Assembly (NCBI GenBank): GCA_002391225.1
Contig: DGRV01000021.1
Span: 7,589 to 71,588, forward strand
Length of the DNA stretch: 64,000 nucleotides
Direction of reading: 5' to 3'
DNA from: Christensenella sp. UBA4379
GTDB lineage: Bacteria > Bacillota > Clostridia > Christensenellales > Aristaeellaceae
Below the pieces are notes generated by a model that was not told the DNA's origin, searched no databases, and worked only from the letters and a program-made list of their open reading frames with translations. The translations under genes and the position numbers were made by a program. Shown one piece after another: positions 8,882 through 19,028 of this stretch (position 1 is the stretch's first letter; every line of letters starts with the position of its first letter).

Positions 8882-10726
8882 ATGGAATACTATGCGGAAT
8901 GGCGGCTGCGCGGAGACCGCTACAGCGATGGCTTCGGCAACGGAATCACCCTGTCCTCCAGCGAGTCCGTCAAGGAAATGAAGCTGATTTCCGAGGACGA
9001 GCGGGTAAGCGTATTCAAAGGGAAAAAAGGCCATGTTTTGAAAGTCTGTCATGAATCAAGTCAGGGCGTCACCTTCTGTCAGACCGTCTTTGAAAACCCG
9101 ACGGAGGAAGCCGCCACCCTGGAGCTTTTGTCCAGCGTGGCGATCCGCGGGATTCAGGCGGACCGGATCCACCGGGCGACCTCGTGGTGGAGCGCGGAAG
9201 GAAAGCTCCTTTCCCAGGACCTGACGGACCTGAACATGGAACCCTCCTGGCTGAACCACGGCTTTCGGGTGACCAAGTTCGGGCAGCTCGGATCCATGCC
9301 GGTGCGCGGGTGGTTTCCCTTCCTGGTGCTGGAGGACAGCAGGACGGGACATTTTGTGGGCCTGCAGCTGTACTGCGCTTCCAGCTGGCAGATCGAGATC
9401 TTCCGGAATACTCCCAAAATATCCGTCCAGGCGGGACTCGCGGACCGGGATTACGGTTCCTGGTGGAAGGAGGTCCGGCCGGGAGAATCTTTCTCCTCGC
9501 CTTTGGCCGTGGTAGCGGAAGGGGCCTCTCTGGAAGAGGTCTGCGATCGGCTGGTCAAGGCCCAGCAGCCCCGCATTGCGCCGGTGGACCGGGAGATGCC
9601 GGTGGTCTTTAACGAGTGGTGCACCACCTTGGGAAACCCCAACATGGAGAACCTGGAGAAGATCGCCTCCCGCCTGGAAAATACCGGGGTCAGATACCTG
9701 GTGATTGACGCGGGATGGTACAAATCCCCCGAATATGATAACTGGTTCAACGCGGCGGGGGACTGGAACCCCAGCAAGGAGCTTTTCCCGGAAGGGAACA
9801 TCGGGGCGGCGGCGGAGCTGATCCGCTCCCACGGGCTGATCCCGGGCCTCTGGTTTGAAATGGAAAACGTGGGGACGGAGGCGCACGCCTATCAGGATAC
9901 GGACCTGCTTTTGTCCAGGGACGGGGTGCCCGTCAGCGTCGGCGCCCGCCGCTTCCGCGACATGCGAAAGAAGGAAAACTGGGACTTCCTGGATCAAAAA
10001 ATGATTCGCCTGCTCAGGGAAAACGGCTTTGGCTACCTCAAGGTGGACTATAACGAGTGCATCGGTGCGGGCGTGGACGGGGCGGAAAGCTACGGTGAGG
10101 GCCTTCGCCAGGCGGTATGCGCTTCTCAGGATTATTTCCGCCATATTGCCCGGGAGCTGCCGGAGCTGGTGATCGAGAACTGCTCCTCCGGCGGGCACCG
10201 GCTGGAGCCCTCCATGATGTCGCTGGTTTCCCAGGCGAGCTTCTCGGACGCCCATGAGGCCCTCTCCATTCCGCTGATCGCGGCGAACCTGCACCGGCTG
10301 ATCCGGCCGGAGCAGTCTCAGATCTGGGCGGTGCTCCGGGCGGACGCGGACGAGCACCGGATCAACTTTGTGCTGACCTCCGCCTTCCTGGGAAGGCTCT
10401 GCCTGTCCGGGGACGCGGCGGACCTGCCCAACGAGCGCTGGCAGCAGGCCCTGGACGCGGTCGCCCTGTACGCCCAGGTCCGGCATATCATCCGGGACGG
10501 CTTCACGGATGTGATCGAATCGACGGTGAAGGATTATTCCAGCCCGAAGGGCTACCAGATCGTGCGGCGAACCCTGGGGGACGAGGCGCTGCTGGTCGTT
10601 CATACGTTTGAAAATGGCGCGAACCCGCCTGTATCAACATGGATGCAGGGCTACCAAGAAATCAAACGCTTTGGCTCCCCGCTGGACAGCGACCTGCGCG
10701 GAGCGGTGATCTGGTGCAGGAAATAA
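8882..10726 (+). CDS. GH36-type alpha-galactosidase (intracellular)
   Basis: YLVIDAGWY, GYLKVDYN and ENCSSGGHR motifs. Start moved to MEYYAEW because the longer ORF runs through the upstream terminator. Confidence 0.8.
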   Translation: MEYYAEWRLRGDRYSDGFGNGITLSSSESVKEMKLISEDERVSVFKGKKGHVLKVCHESSQGVTFCQTVFENPTEEAATLELLSSVAIRGIQADRIHRATSWWSAEGKLLSQDLTDLNMEPSWLNHGFRVTKFGQLGSMPVRGWFPFLVLEDSRTGHFVGLQLYCASSWQIEIFRNTPKISVQAGLADRDYGSWWKEVRPGESFSSPLAVVAEGASLEEVCDRLVKAQQPRIAPVDREMPVVFNEWCTTLGNPNMENLEKIASRLENTGVRYLVIDAGWYKSPEYDNWFNAAGDWNPSKELFPEGNIGAAAELIRSHGLIPGLWFEMENVGTEAHAYQDTDLLLSRDGVPVSVGARRFRDMRKKENWDFLDQKMIRLLRENGFGYLKVDYNECIGAGVDGAESYGEGLRQAVCASQDYFRHIARELPELVIENCSSGGHRLEPSMMSLVSQASFSDAHEALSIPLIAANLHRLIRPEQSQIWAVLRADADEHRINFVLTSAFLGRLCLSGDAADLPNERWQQALDAVALYAQVRHIIRDGFTDVIESTVKDYSSPKGYQIVRRTLGDEALLVVHTFENGANPPVSTWMQGYQEIKRFGSPLDSDLRGAVIWCRK

Positions 10727-10808
10727 GCGAACGATGCCGGGGCGGATCAAGATAAAATTGTCTTGGCAAGGTGTGATGACTGGACCGTTGCCAGTGGAAA
10801 CACGTTTT

Positions 10809-10842
10809 GAACCTGTTTGGATGATCCGAACAGGTTCTTTTT
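10809..10842 (+). terminator. Intrinsic terminator
   Basis: GAACCTGTT / AACAGGTTC 9-bp stem followed by TTTTT. Confidence 0.85.
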
Positions 10843-10894
10843 CTGATGAGGTTTGTTTCATTTGAAAAGTTTGTTTTTAAAGCCGATATGAATA

Positions 10895-10923
10895 TTGAAA
10901 AATTGATAAAATGAGGCTATAAT
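10895..10923 (+). promoter_or_regulatory. Promoter of the AAA+ ATPase gene, flanked by a 13-bp direct repeat
   Basis: TTGAAA, 17-nt spacer, TATAAT. ATATTGAAAAATT occurs at 10892 and at 10925. Confidence 0.5.
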
Positions 10924-10949
10924 CATATTGAAAAATTCCCGCGGGGTGA

Positions 10950-12278
10950 TTGATCTTGCTAAAACGAAAAATCGCAGACCTGATCGAAGAGCATCTGAAA
11001 TCGGGCTCTGAGCGCATTTTATTGATTGACGGCGCGCGTCAGGTTGGAAAAACATATATCATCCGTCACGTTGGAAAAAAGCTGTTTCCCAATTTCATTG
11101 AGATCAACATGCTGGAAGATTCCATCGGCGACAGGCTGTTTGAAAACGCAAAGACGATAGATGATTTCTACCTTCGTGTCAGCGCGATCAAGGGCGAACG
11201 AATGGGCGAAGCAAAAGATACCCTGATTTTCATTGACGAGATTCAGGCTTATCCCCATCTGCTGACGATGCTGAAATTCCTTCGGGACGACAACCGGTTT
11301 ACCTACATCGCCAGCGGCTCTCTGCTGGGCGTAACGCTTGCACAGACCACTTCCATCCCCATTGGGAGCATTCGCAAGGTGCGCATGTTCCCGCTGGACT
11401 TTGAAGAATTCCTTTATGCGAGCGGCATGAATGCCTTTGCGATTGACGCGCTTCGCAAGAAGTTTGAAGCCCGGGAATCGCTGGATGAAGCCATGCACGC
11501 GAAGATCATGGACCTTTTCAAGCGCTATCTTCTGGTAGGCGGGCTTCCGGCTGCGGTCAATGCGTATCTGGACACCAAGAACATCCAGGCCGTGCGGGAA
11601 ATCCAGCGCGAGATTCACGATTACTATGCGGCGGACGCTTCCAAGTATGATGAAGAGAACAAGCTGAAAATCCGCCGGATCTACGACCAGATTCCTTCCA
11701 ACCTGGAAAACAAAAAGAAGCGCGTAGTTGCGCAGCGGATCGAAGGCAAAAAGGGAAGCACCTTCGCCAACTATGAGGATGAATTCGAGTATTTGATCAG
11801 CGCGGGCATTGCGTTAAACGTGCAGGCCATCTCTACCCCGACCTTCCCGCTGATTGAATCCTCCGGCAAAAACCTGCTGAAGCTGTATCTGAACGACGTC
11901 GGCATTCTGACCGCTATTCTGTACGGCAACAATATCCGCGCCATTCTGGAGGATGAACGGAGCATCAACCTTGGATCGGTCTATGAAAGCGTTGTTGCCA
12001 GCGAACTGATCGCCCATGGCTTCAACTTATTTTATTACGATAACCGCAGCAAAGGTGAGGTTGATTATCTGATCGACGATTACGACAGCCTGTCCGCCGT
12101 CCCCATGGAGGTAAAGTCCGGCAAGGATTACACGGTTCACAGCGCGCTGAACAACTTTGTCAAGAATGACGATTATCATGTGAAAAAGGCGTTCGTCCTG
12201 TCCAATGCCCGCGAGATTACGACAAATGGAAAGATCACGTATTTGCCGATCTATGATGTGATGTTTTTTAGAACATGA
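10950..12278 (+). CDS. AAA+ ATPase (COG1373; AAA_14 + DUF4143) with C-terminal PD-(D/E)XK-like nuclease motif
   Basis: Walker A GARQVGKTY, Walker B LIFIDEIQ, and a C-terminal GEVDYLIDD...PMEVKSGKD. GC is visibly lower than in the neighbouring genes. Uses a TTG start. Confidence 0.85.
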   Translation: MILLKRKIADLIEEHLKSGSERILLIDGARQVGKTYIIRHVGKKLFPNFIEINMLEDSIGDRLFENAKTIDDFYLRVSAIKGERMGEAKDTLIFIDEIQAYPHLLTMLKFLRDDNRFTYIASGSLLGVTLAQTTSIPIGSIRKVRMFPLDFEEFLYASGMNAFAIDALRKKFEARESLDEAMHAKIMDLFKRYLLVGGLPAAVNAYLDTKNIQAVREIQREIHDYYAADASKYDEENKLKIRRIYDQIPSNLENKKKRVVAQRIEGKKGSTFANYEDEFEYLISAGIALNVQAISTPTFPLIESSGKNLLKLYLNDVGILTAILYGNNIRAILEDERSINLGSVYESVVASELIAHGFNLFYYDNRSKGEVDYLIDDYDSLSAVPMEVKSGKDYTVHSALNNFVKNDDYHVKKAFVLSNAREITTNGKITYLPIYDVMFFRT

Positions 12279-12281
12279 AAG

Positions 12282-12692
12282 ATGTTATCAGGAATCACGA
12301 TGATCACGATTGATGAATTTAACGCCATCGTTTCAGAACTGTTGGATGAACTGCCGGAGGAGTTTTTTCGGGAGCTCTGCGGCGGGGTGATTGTGTCAGA
12401 AAGCCTGGCCGTACCTGATTACGCGCGGGGGAACGATCTTTATACCATGGGGGTATACAAGGTTTTTTCCGGGGTTCGCCAGATCATCGTCTTTAAGGGC
12501 TCTTTTGATCGGGTATATCCGCAGGCGGACGCAGAGGAGGCCCGGGTTCTGCTGCGCGGCATTCTGCGGCATGAGTTCAGGCATCATCTGGAGTTCCTGG
12601 GCGGCATCCATCATGCCGGTTCCCTGGAAGCCGAGGACGAGAGGAAAAAGCAGGCCTATCTTGCCAGGCATCTTGACGCTGATGAAAAATAA
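12282..12692 (+). CDS. HExxH metallopeptidase-like protein (DUF1025 type)
   Basis: HEFRHH motif. Starts only 3 nt after the ATPase stop. Confidence 0.7.
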   Translation: MLSGITMITIDEFNAIVSELLDELPEEFFRELCGGVIVSESLAVPDYARGNDLYTMGVYKVFSGVRQIIVFKGSFDRVYPQADAEEARVLLRGILRHEFRHHLEFLGGIHHAGSLEAEDERKKQAYLARHLDADEK

Positions 12693-12718
12693 TGGAAGAT
12701 AAAAAAGGAGAGAGAGCC

Positions 12719-13468
12719 ATGGAAATCGGAGCGCAGTTTTACACCGTCCGCAGCATGACGCAGACGACGGAAGGGCTGGCGGAGACGCTCAAAAAGGTCG
12801 CCGACATCGGCTACAGGACCGTGCAGCTTTCTGCGACCTGCCCTTATGACGCCGAATGGATGAAGGAGCAGCTGAACAAAAACGGCCTGCGCTGCGTGCT
12901 GACCCATACCCCGGTTCCGCGGCTGACGGGCGAACTGGATCAGGTGATCGCGGAGCACAGCGTCTATGGGTGCGATTATATCGGCCTGGGCTGGTACTCC
13001 TTTGACGAAGAGAAGGGCGACACCTATGAAAAGTTCATGGATACCTTTGCGCCGGTGGCCCAGAAGATCAGCCAGAGCGGCAAGCTGTTCATGTACCACA
13101 ACCACGATCAGGAATTTAAAAAAATCGGCGGCAAGCTGGTGATCGAGAAGCTGATGGAGGATTTTTCTCCGGCGGAGATGGGCTTCACCCTGGATACCTT
13201 CTGGGTGCAGGCGGGCGGCGGAGATCCCGCCCAGTGGCTGGAAAAGCTCTCCGGACGTATCCCCTGCATCCACCTGAAGGACTATGCCTATGGCCGCAAA
13301 ATGGCCGTGGTGGGCGAGGGCAACATCAACTTCGACCGCGTGTTTGAAAAGGCGGCCGCGGGCGGAACCCGTTACATGCTGGTGGAGCAGGACGATTGCA
13401 ACGGCGAGGACCCCATCGCCTGCCTGCGCCGCAGCTATGCGTTCCTCAAATCCCGCGGATTTGAATAA
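12719..13468 (+). CDS. Sugar phosphate isomerase/epimerase (xylose-isomerase-like TIM barrel)
   Basis: Start MEIGAQFYTVR after AAAAAGGAGAGAG. Family-typical IHLKD and MLVEQD segments. Confidence 0.85.
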   Translation: MEIGAQFYTVRSMTQTTEGLAETLKKVADIGYRTVQLSATCPYDAEWMKEQLNKNGLRCVLTHTPVPRLTGELDQVIAEHSVYGCDYIGLGWYSFDEEKGDTYEKFMDTFAPVAQKISQSGKLFMYHNHDQEFKKIGGKLVIEKLMEDFSPAEMGFTLDTFWVQAGGGDPAQWLEKLSGRIPCIHLKDYAYGRKMAVVGEGNINFDRVFEKAAAGGTRYMLVEQDDCNGEDPIACLRRSYAFLKSRGFE

Positions 13469-13505
13469 CTTGACTTTGCAAAGGCGTACATCGCTCACAT
13501 GGAAA

Positions 13506-13805
13506 GTGAATATTCTGCTGGTGGCGCTGGTGCTGCTGACCGCCGCCCTGCTGTTTTTCAGCAGCGAAAGGGCCTTCCAGCATGCGGTGCTTGATCCCTG
13601 CACCAGAAAGCTTTCTAAGGCGGAGGTGGGCACCAAAATGCTGGATCCGTATGTCCGCTCCCTGCTGCACTACGCCGTTTTCAGCGTGGCGATCATGAAC
13701 TATGTGGGCGCGGTGTCCTGCACCGTCATCGCGGTGACGACGGCCATTTCCCTTTTCAGGAAGGAAACGAAGGAACCGACGGACCAACCATCAGAAACTA
13801 TATGA
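13506..13805 (+). CDS. Hypothetical small membrane protein (GTG start)
   Basis: Two hydrophobic helices (NILLVALVLLTAALLFF; AVFSVAIMNYVGAVSCTVIAV). No clear SD. Confidence 0.35.
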   Translation: MNILLVALVLLTAALLFFSSERAFQHAVLDPCTRKLSKAEVGTKMLDPYVRSLLHYAVFSVAIMNYVGAVSCTVIAVTTAISLFRKETKEPTDQPSETI

Positions 13806-13848
13806 ATCAGGAGGAAGCCTTTCCCCGTGAATTCCAAAGCTTGTATTT

Positions 13849-13882
13849 CGCCGGCCGGGCGCTTTGCCTGGCCGGCGTTTTC
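13849..13882 (+). terminator. Intrinsic terminator
   Basis: CGCCGGCC / GGCCGGCG stem followed by TTTT. Confidence 0.75.
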
Positions 13883-14000
13883 TCTTGGGGTGGAGCGTTT
13901 TGTATAGACTTTGGCGCGTTTTTTGTGCTACAATCAGGTCATTCTTCCAGTACAGGCGGTATTCTGTCCGCAGAATATCATGCCTGAGAGAGGATGCACG

Positions 14001-14717
14001 ATGGATCTGTCAAAATACGATGGAAAGCATGTCCGGGTAACGGACCAATGGAAAGAAACGTTCACCGGTATGGCCAGGTATGGAAACGCCGTTTTTCTGG
14101 CGTGCGAATATGGCGGCGAGGAAGACGGCCTGTTCATTGAGAATCATCTGATTTACCATTCGCAGATCGTTTCCATTGAGGAGACTCAGGTCCATGGCAC
14201 TGCCGAACTGTGGACGGAACACCTGATTCTGCGAAAATACCGCCCGGAGGATGCGGAGGTTCTCTATCAGTGCTTCGGGACAGATCCGGAGATGGCCAAA
14301 TACTCCGGCTGGAATCCATATGCGACGCCGGAAATGGCGCGGAAAACGGTGCGCGGTTTTATCAAAAGCTATGCGGATACGCATTCTTATTCATGGGTGA
14401 TGGATGTCGAAGATGTCGTCGTCGGGACGATTGGCGCCTATGACTTTGATCAGAACCGAATCGAGGTGGGCTTCAGCGTGGACAGAGGCTGGCAGGGACG
14501 CGGCTTTGCGACGGAAGCGCTGCAAAAAGTGCTTACATACCTGACGGAAAATGAAGGCATCCCCTGCGTCACCGCCTGGTGCGCCGCGGAGAACACCGGA
14601 TCTAGGAGAGTGCTGGAGAAAGCCGGAATGAAATGGATCCGCACAGAAAAGGATGGGCTTTCTGTCGGCGATAAGACGTATGACAAGCTGATCTATGCGT
14701 ATCATGCCGAGGAATAA
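14001..14717 (+). CDS. GNAT N-acetyltransferase (RimJ/RimL-like) with about 65-aa N-terminal extra domain
   Basis: Sequence LILRKYRPEDAE...GFSVDRGWQGRGFATEA...AAENTGSRRVLEKAGM. Confidence 0.85.
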   Translation: MDLSKYDGKHVRVTDQWKETFTGMARYGNAVFLACEYGGEEDGLFIENHLIYHSQIVSIEETQVHGTAELWTEHLILRKYRPEDAEVLYQCFGTDPEMAKYSGWNPYATPEMARKTVRGFIKSYADTHSYSWVMDVEDVVVGTIGAYDFDQNRIEVGFSVDRGWQGRGFATEALQKVLTYLTENEGIPCVTAWCAAENTGSRRVLEKAGMKWIRTEKDGLSVGDKTYDKLIYAYHAEE

Positions 14718-14740
14718 GCCTGTTTTATCAAAAATAGTTT

Positions 14741-14769
14741 TTGAACGCATCGGCAAAACCTGTTATAAT
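14741..14769 (+). promoter_or_regulatory. Sigma-A type promoter
   Basis: TTGAAC, 17-nt spacer, TATAAT. Confidence 0.55.
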
Positions 14770-14824
14770 CCCATCGAATGATCCCTCGCGTTTCAGCGAC
14801 CTATACCAGAAGGAGAGAAGATCA

Positions 14825-15622
14825 ATGAACCTGATGAAGAAGATCAAGAACTGGCTCAACCGAAAGAATCTGGCCTGTGAAATCAAACTGCTGCTGGACA
14901 GCAGCCAGGTGCTGGGGGAGGACCATCTGCTGACCGGGGACATGCTCAAAACGTTTCATATTGAGGACGAGCCCCGGCGCATTGAGGTCATCTATCTGGA
15001 TACCCCGGCGAGGGACTATCTGAAGGCCGGATGGGTGAGCCGGATCCGGGTCAAGGAAGGCAAAGCCAAATATACGATTACCTACAAGATGCGCTATCCG
15101 GTGCAGGACAGCGACGTGGACGCGGCTCTGGCTGTCGCCCAGGCGGACGGGCTTTCCCTGCGTGAAAGCCCCTATCCGGCTGAAATCGACTGGGGCTATG
15201 CCAAAATGACCCTGAGCTTCGCCGCCAACGCCGAAGTCAAAACGGAGAAGACGCCGGATTTAAGCCAACTCACTCCCGCCCAGGCGGTGCAGATGGCGGT
15301 GGACAATCTGCCGGCCGAGGTCAAAGACCAGAATGCGGACGGCCTGGAGAAGGAACGCCTCAAAGACATCCAGGCGGTCGGCCCCGTCCGGTTTCTTCGG
15401 TATGAAGGGGCCCTGGGCAAGCAGGACGTCCGCATCGAAGTCTGGCCCATTCCGACTGAATCGGGCGACATCCAATATACCGCCGAGCTGTCCCGGGCCT
15501 GCAAAAACCTGATGGAAGCGGCGGAAATCCGCATCAAGTTGATGGAAAAGCTGGATAAGCTGGGAATTCTGGTCCATGGCGACAACCTGAAAACCAAGAT
15601 GATCCTGAAGCCGGAACAATGA
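14825..15622 (+). CDS. CYTH-like (triphosphate tunnel) domain protein, tentative
   Basis: Start MNLMKK after AAGGAGAGAAG. N-terminal CEIKLLL and alternating charged beta-strand pattern. The ExExK signature is incomplete. Confidence 0.45.
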   Translation: MNLMKKIKNWLNRKNLACEIKLLLDSSQVLGEDHLLTGDMLKTFHIEDEPRRIEVIYLDTPARDYLKAGWVSRIRVKEGKAKYTITYKMRYPVQDSDVDAALAVAQADGLSLRESPYPAEIDWGYAKMTLSFAANAEVKTEKTPDLSQLTPAQAVQMAVDNLPAEVKDQNADGLEKERLKDIQAVGPVRFLRYEGALGKQDVRIEVWPIPTESGDIQYTAELSRACKNLMEAAEIRIKLMEKLDKLGILVHGDNLKTKMILKPEQ

Positions 15623-15709
15623 GGAACGGCTCGATGGAACCGTGAAAAACGGTTAGCATTTGCCCGGCCATAAAAATGACAAAATAAAAGACTGGAGTTG
15701 AATGAACGG

Positions 15710-16789
15710 ATGCAGGACGCATGTCTGGCCCCGTCTCTCGGGGAAGCTTACCGGGAGCATTTTCTCATCGGCGCTGCCGTCAACGCCCATATGCTTCGGG
15801 ACGAGCAGTATCAGCGCCTGATCAGGCGCCAGTTTACCTCTATCACAGCGGAAAACGAAATGAAGCCGGAAAGTCTGCTGGACCGGGAGGCGACCCTGGC
15901 GCTGGGGGATCCGATCCGCTGCGCGCTGCGCTTCGATCTGGCGGACCGGATGCTTTCCTTCGCTCAGGCCTGCGGGATCCGCGTGCGGTATCATACCATC
16001 GTGTGGCACAACCAGACCCCGCGCTGGTTTTTTGCCGAGGGCTGGAGCGACGCGCCGGATGCGCCGCTGGCGGATACGGAAACAGTCCTTTCGCGCCAGG
16101 AGGCCTATATCCTTCAGGTGATGGAACACGTCAACCGGGTCTTCCCCGGCCTGGTGTACTGCTGGGATGTGGTGAACGAGGCGGTAGAGCCGGCCCAGGG
16201 CGGGCCGGACGGCCTGCGCACGCATTCCCTCTGGTATCAGACCACCGGGTCCGCCTTCCTCGCCCATGCGTTCCGGGCGGCCCGGAAAGGCCAGGCGGAG
16301 GGCCAGCTGCTCTTCTATAACGATTACAACAGCTACTTCCCCGAAAAGCAGGAAGCCATCCTGAAAGTGCTGAAAAATCTTCAGGCTGAACACCTGGTGG
16401 ACGGCATGGGCATGCAGACCCACCTGGACATCGGAAGCCTGGACCTGCCCGCGTTCGAAACCGGGGCCCGCGCCTACGCGAAAATGGGACTGACCCTGCA
16501 TATTACGGAGATGGATATTCACTGCCCCGGCGCGGACGAGGAGAGTCAGGCGTTGCTGGCCAAGGCCTACGGGGATTTCTTTGCCATGCTCCTCCGCCTG
16601 CAGCGGGAAGGGGCCAAGATCGGCTGCGCCACGCTTTGGGGCGTGACGGACCAGTATACCTGGCTTCGCTTCTTCCGAAAGCAGGAGAGCTACCCCCTGC
16701 TCTTCAGCGGGGAGCTGAAAACAAAACCGGCCTTCGACGCGGTGATGGACGCGGCGAAGGCCGGGGAAGCAGCGGCGGCCCGCTGGTAG
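15710..16789 (+). CDS. GH10 endo-1,4-beta-xylanase, no signal peptide
   Basis: TAENEMKP, WDVVNEA and ITEMDI motifs. The start could be TTG at 15698. Confidence 0.85.
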   Translation: MQDACLAPSLGEAYREHFLIGAAVNAHMLRDEQYQRLIRRQFTSITAENEMKPESLLDREATLALGDPIRCALRFDLADRMLSFAQACGIRVRYHTIVWHNQTPRWFFAEGWSDAPDAPLADTETVLSRQEAYILQVMEHVNRVFPGLVYCWDVVNEAVEPAQGGPDGLRTHSLWYQTTGSAFLAHAFRAARKGQAEGQLLFYNDYNSYFPEKQEAILKVLKNLQAEHLVDGMGMQTHLDIGSLDLPAFETGARAYAKMGLTLHITEMDIHCPGADEESQALLAKAYGDFFAMLLRLQREGAKIGCATLWGVTDQYTWLRFFRKQESYPLLFSGELKTKPAFDAVMDAAKAGEAAAARW

Positions 16790-16790
16790 A

Positions 16791-18989
16791 TTATTCGAGG
16801 GTAAACCGGGCCTTGTTCTGTGTCTGACTGTCGGGGCCGAGGAAAATCTCAAAATCGCCCGGCTCGCTGACATATCGCATGGAAAGGTCGTAGAAGCGGA
16901 GCATGTCTTCGGTAACGGTAAAGGACACTTCCCTGCTTTCTCCGGGGGCCAGCGCGACCTTCCGGAAGCCCTTCAGCATCCTGACAGGCCGGGCCACGCT
17001 GGCGGCCAGGTCGCGCAGGTATAGCTGCACCGTTTCCGTGCCGGGGCAGGTGCCGGTATTGGTGATGGTCACGGAGGCGGTAAGGCTTCCCTGCTTCGTC
17101 ATGCGGTCCGCGCTGAGCCTGACCGGCGAATAGGAAAACGCCGTATAGCTGAGGCCAAAGCCAAAGGGATAAAGCGGCTCGTTGGGAATGTCCTGATATT
17201 TGGAACCAAAGCGCCCCGCGTGGCAGTCGCCGTGATAGGGCCTGCCGGTGTTCAGATGGTTGTAATGAATCGGCACCTGGCCCACGCAGTAGGGGAAGCA
17301 CATGCTCAGCCTGCCGCTGGGGTTGCTTTCCCCAAGCAGGGTGCGCACCACGGCGTTTCCGCCTTCCGTGCCCGGCAGCCAGGCCGCCAGAATGGCCTTG
17401 GCCTTTTCCTTGAGCGGCCGGATGTCCATGGGCCGGCCGCCAAACAGCACCACGATGATGTTTTCATTGACGGCCGCCACGGCCTCCAGCAGCCGAAGCT
17501 GGCATTTGGGCAGGGTGAGGTCTCCGCGGCTGGCCGCTTCTCCGGTGCATTCCCGGTGCTCGCCCAGGCACAGCACCACTTTTTGGGCGCTCTTTGCTAT
17601 ACTCACCGCTTCGTTTAAGGCAGTCTCCGGCTCCAGGTTGTCCTGCGCCACAGGCTGCTGAAAGCCCATCACCGGCTGGTCCGGGTCGTTGATGGGACAG
17701 CCGGGAGCGGTGGGGGCTTTTTTGGTTTTGGGATGCCGGGAAAGGGCCGCTTTCACGGTGACCGTATCCTGATCGTCGGCAAAGATCGACCAGGCTCCGT
17801 TCAGATATGGACTGCCCACATAGGGCCCGATGAAGGCGGCTTCGTCTCCCTGCAGGGGAAGCATCTGTTCCTCGTTTTTCAAAAGGACGAAGGATTTTTC
17901 CGCGCAGTCCCGGGCCGCCTGACGGTGGGCGTCTGATAAGAGCAGGGCTTTTTCATCCTCTTCATCCGCATCTTTGAAGGGCCGCTCGAACAGGCCCAGT
18001 TTGTTTTTGAGCGTCAGCACCCGCCAGGCGCTTTCGTCGATCCACGCTTCGGGAACCCTGCCCTCTTCCACGAGCTGTTTCAGATTTCTAGTATAGATGG
18101 GGCTGGTCATGTCCATGTCCACCCCGGCCCGGAGGGCGATGAACGCGGCCTCTCTTTGGTCGGCGGCGATGCCGTGGGCCAGCAACTCCTGGAGGGCGTT
18201 CCAATCGGAAATCACCATGCCGGAAAAGCCCATCTTTTTGCGCAGCACTTCCCGGAACAGCCATTCGTTGGCGGCGGAGGGGACGCGGTCCAGGGTGTTG
18301 AAGGAGGCCATCACGACCTCGCACCCCGCGTCCACGGCCTCCTGATAGGCAGGCAGATGATCTTCCAACAGGGTGCGGGGCGACAGCTCCACGTTGTTGT
18401 AGTCCCGTCCGCCCTCCGGCGCGCCATAGCCAGCGAAGTGCTTGAGGCACGCAGCGATCTTGCCCTTCTTCTTTGGATTGTCCCCCTGATAGCCCCGCAC
18501 CATGGCGGCGGCCATCTGTCCGTTCAGATAAGGGTCTTCACCGGTGGATTCCATCACCCGGCCCCAGCGGGCGTCTCGCACCAGGTCGGCCATGGGGGAG
18601 AAGGTCACGTGAATGCCCGCCGCCGCGGCCTCCCGGGCGGCGATGGCGGCCCCCTCCTGCACCGCCTCCGTGTCAAAGGTGCAGCCCTGGGCCAGGGGAA
18701 TGGGAAACACGGTGCGGTAGCCGTTGATGATGTCCGCCATGAACAACAGCGGAATATGGTGGGGATGCTGGGCCATGAATTCCGTTTGCAGCTTCCTGAT
18801 CTTTTCCGCGCCGATGATGGAAAGATAGCTGCCCGCCAGACGCAGGTCCTCCTGGGTCAGCCCCATATCCCCCGCCGGCCCGGTCGCCGCCCCTTCATGC
18901 TGAAAATATCCCGGCAGCTGTACCAGCTGACCGATTTTTTCCTCCAGGCTCATCTCGCGGAGTAAAAGCCGCAATTCCGTTTCTTTCAT
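16791..18989 (-). CDS. bglX: GH3 beta-glucosidase (BglX type)
   Basis: EKIGQL, KHFAGYG and GMVISDW motifs, plus a C-terminal Fn3-like domain (LKGFRKVALAPGESREVSF). Confidence 0.9.
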   Translation of the reverse strand: MKETELRLLLREMSLEEKIGQLVQLPGYFQHEGAATGPAGDMGLTQEDLRLAGSYLSIIGAEKIRKLQTEFMAQHPHHIPLLFMADIINGYRTVFPIPLAQGCTFDTEAVQEGAAIAAREAAAAGIHVTFSPMADLVRDARWGRVMESTGEDPYLNGQMAAAMVRGYQGDNPKKKGKIAACLKHFAGYGAPEGGRDYNNVELSPRTLLEDHLPAYQEAVDAGCEVVMASFNTLDRVPSAANEWLFREVLRKKMGFSGMVISDWNALQELLAHGIAADQREAAFIALRAGVDMDMTSPIYTRNLKQLVEEGRVPEAWIDESAWRVLTLKNKLGLFERPFKDADEEDEKALLLSDAHRQAARDCAEKSFVLLKNEEQMLPLQGDEAAFIGPYVGSPYLNGAWSIFADDQDTVTVKAALSRHPKTKKAPTAPGCPINDPDQPVMGFQQPVAQDNLEPETALNEAVSIAKSAQKVVLCLGEHRECTGEAASRGDLTLPKCQLRLLEAVAAVNENIIVVLFGGRPMDIRPLKEKAKAILAAWLPGTEGGNAVVRTLLGESNPSGRLSMCFPYCVGQVPIHYNHLNTGRPYHGDCHAGRFGSKYQDIPNEPLYPFGFGLSYTAFSYSPVRLSADRMTKQGSLTASVTITNTGTCPGTETVQLYLRDLAASVARPVRMLKGFRKVALAPGESREVSFTVTEDMLRFYDLSMRYVSEPGDFEIFLGPDSQTQNKARFTLE

Positions 18990-19028
18990 CGAATTTCCTC
19001 CTGCGTCCGTTTCGGCTCTGCAAAGGGA

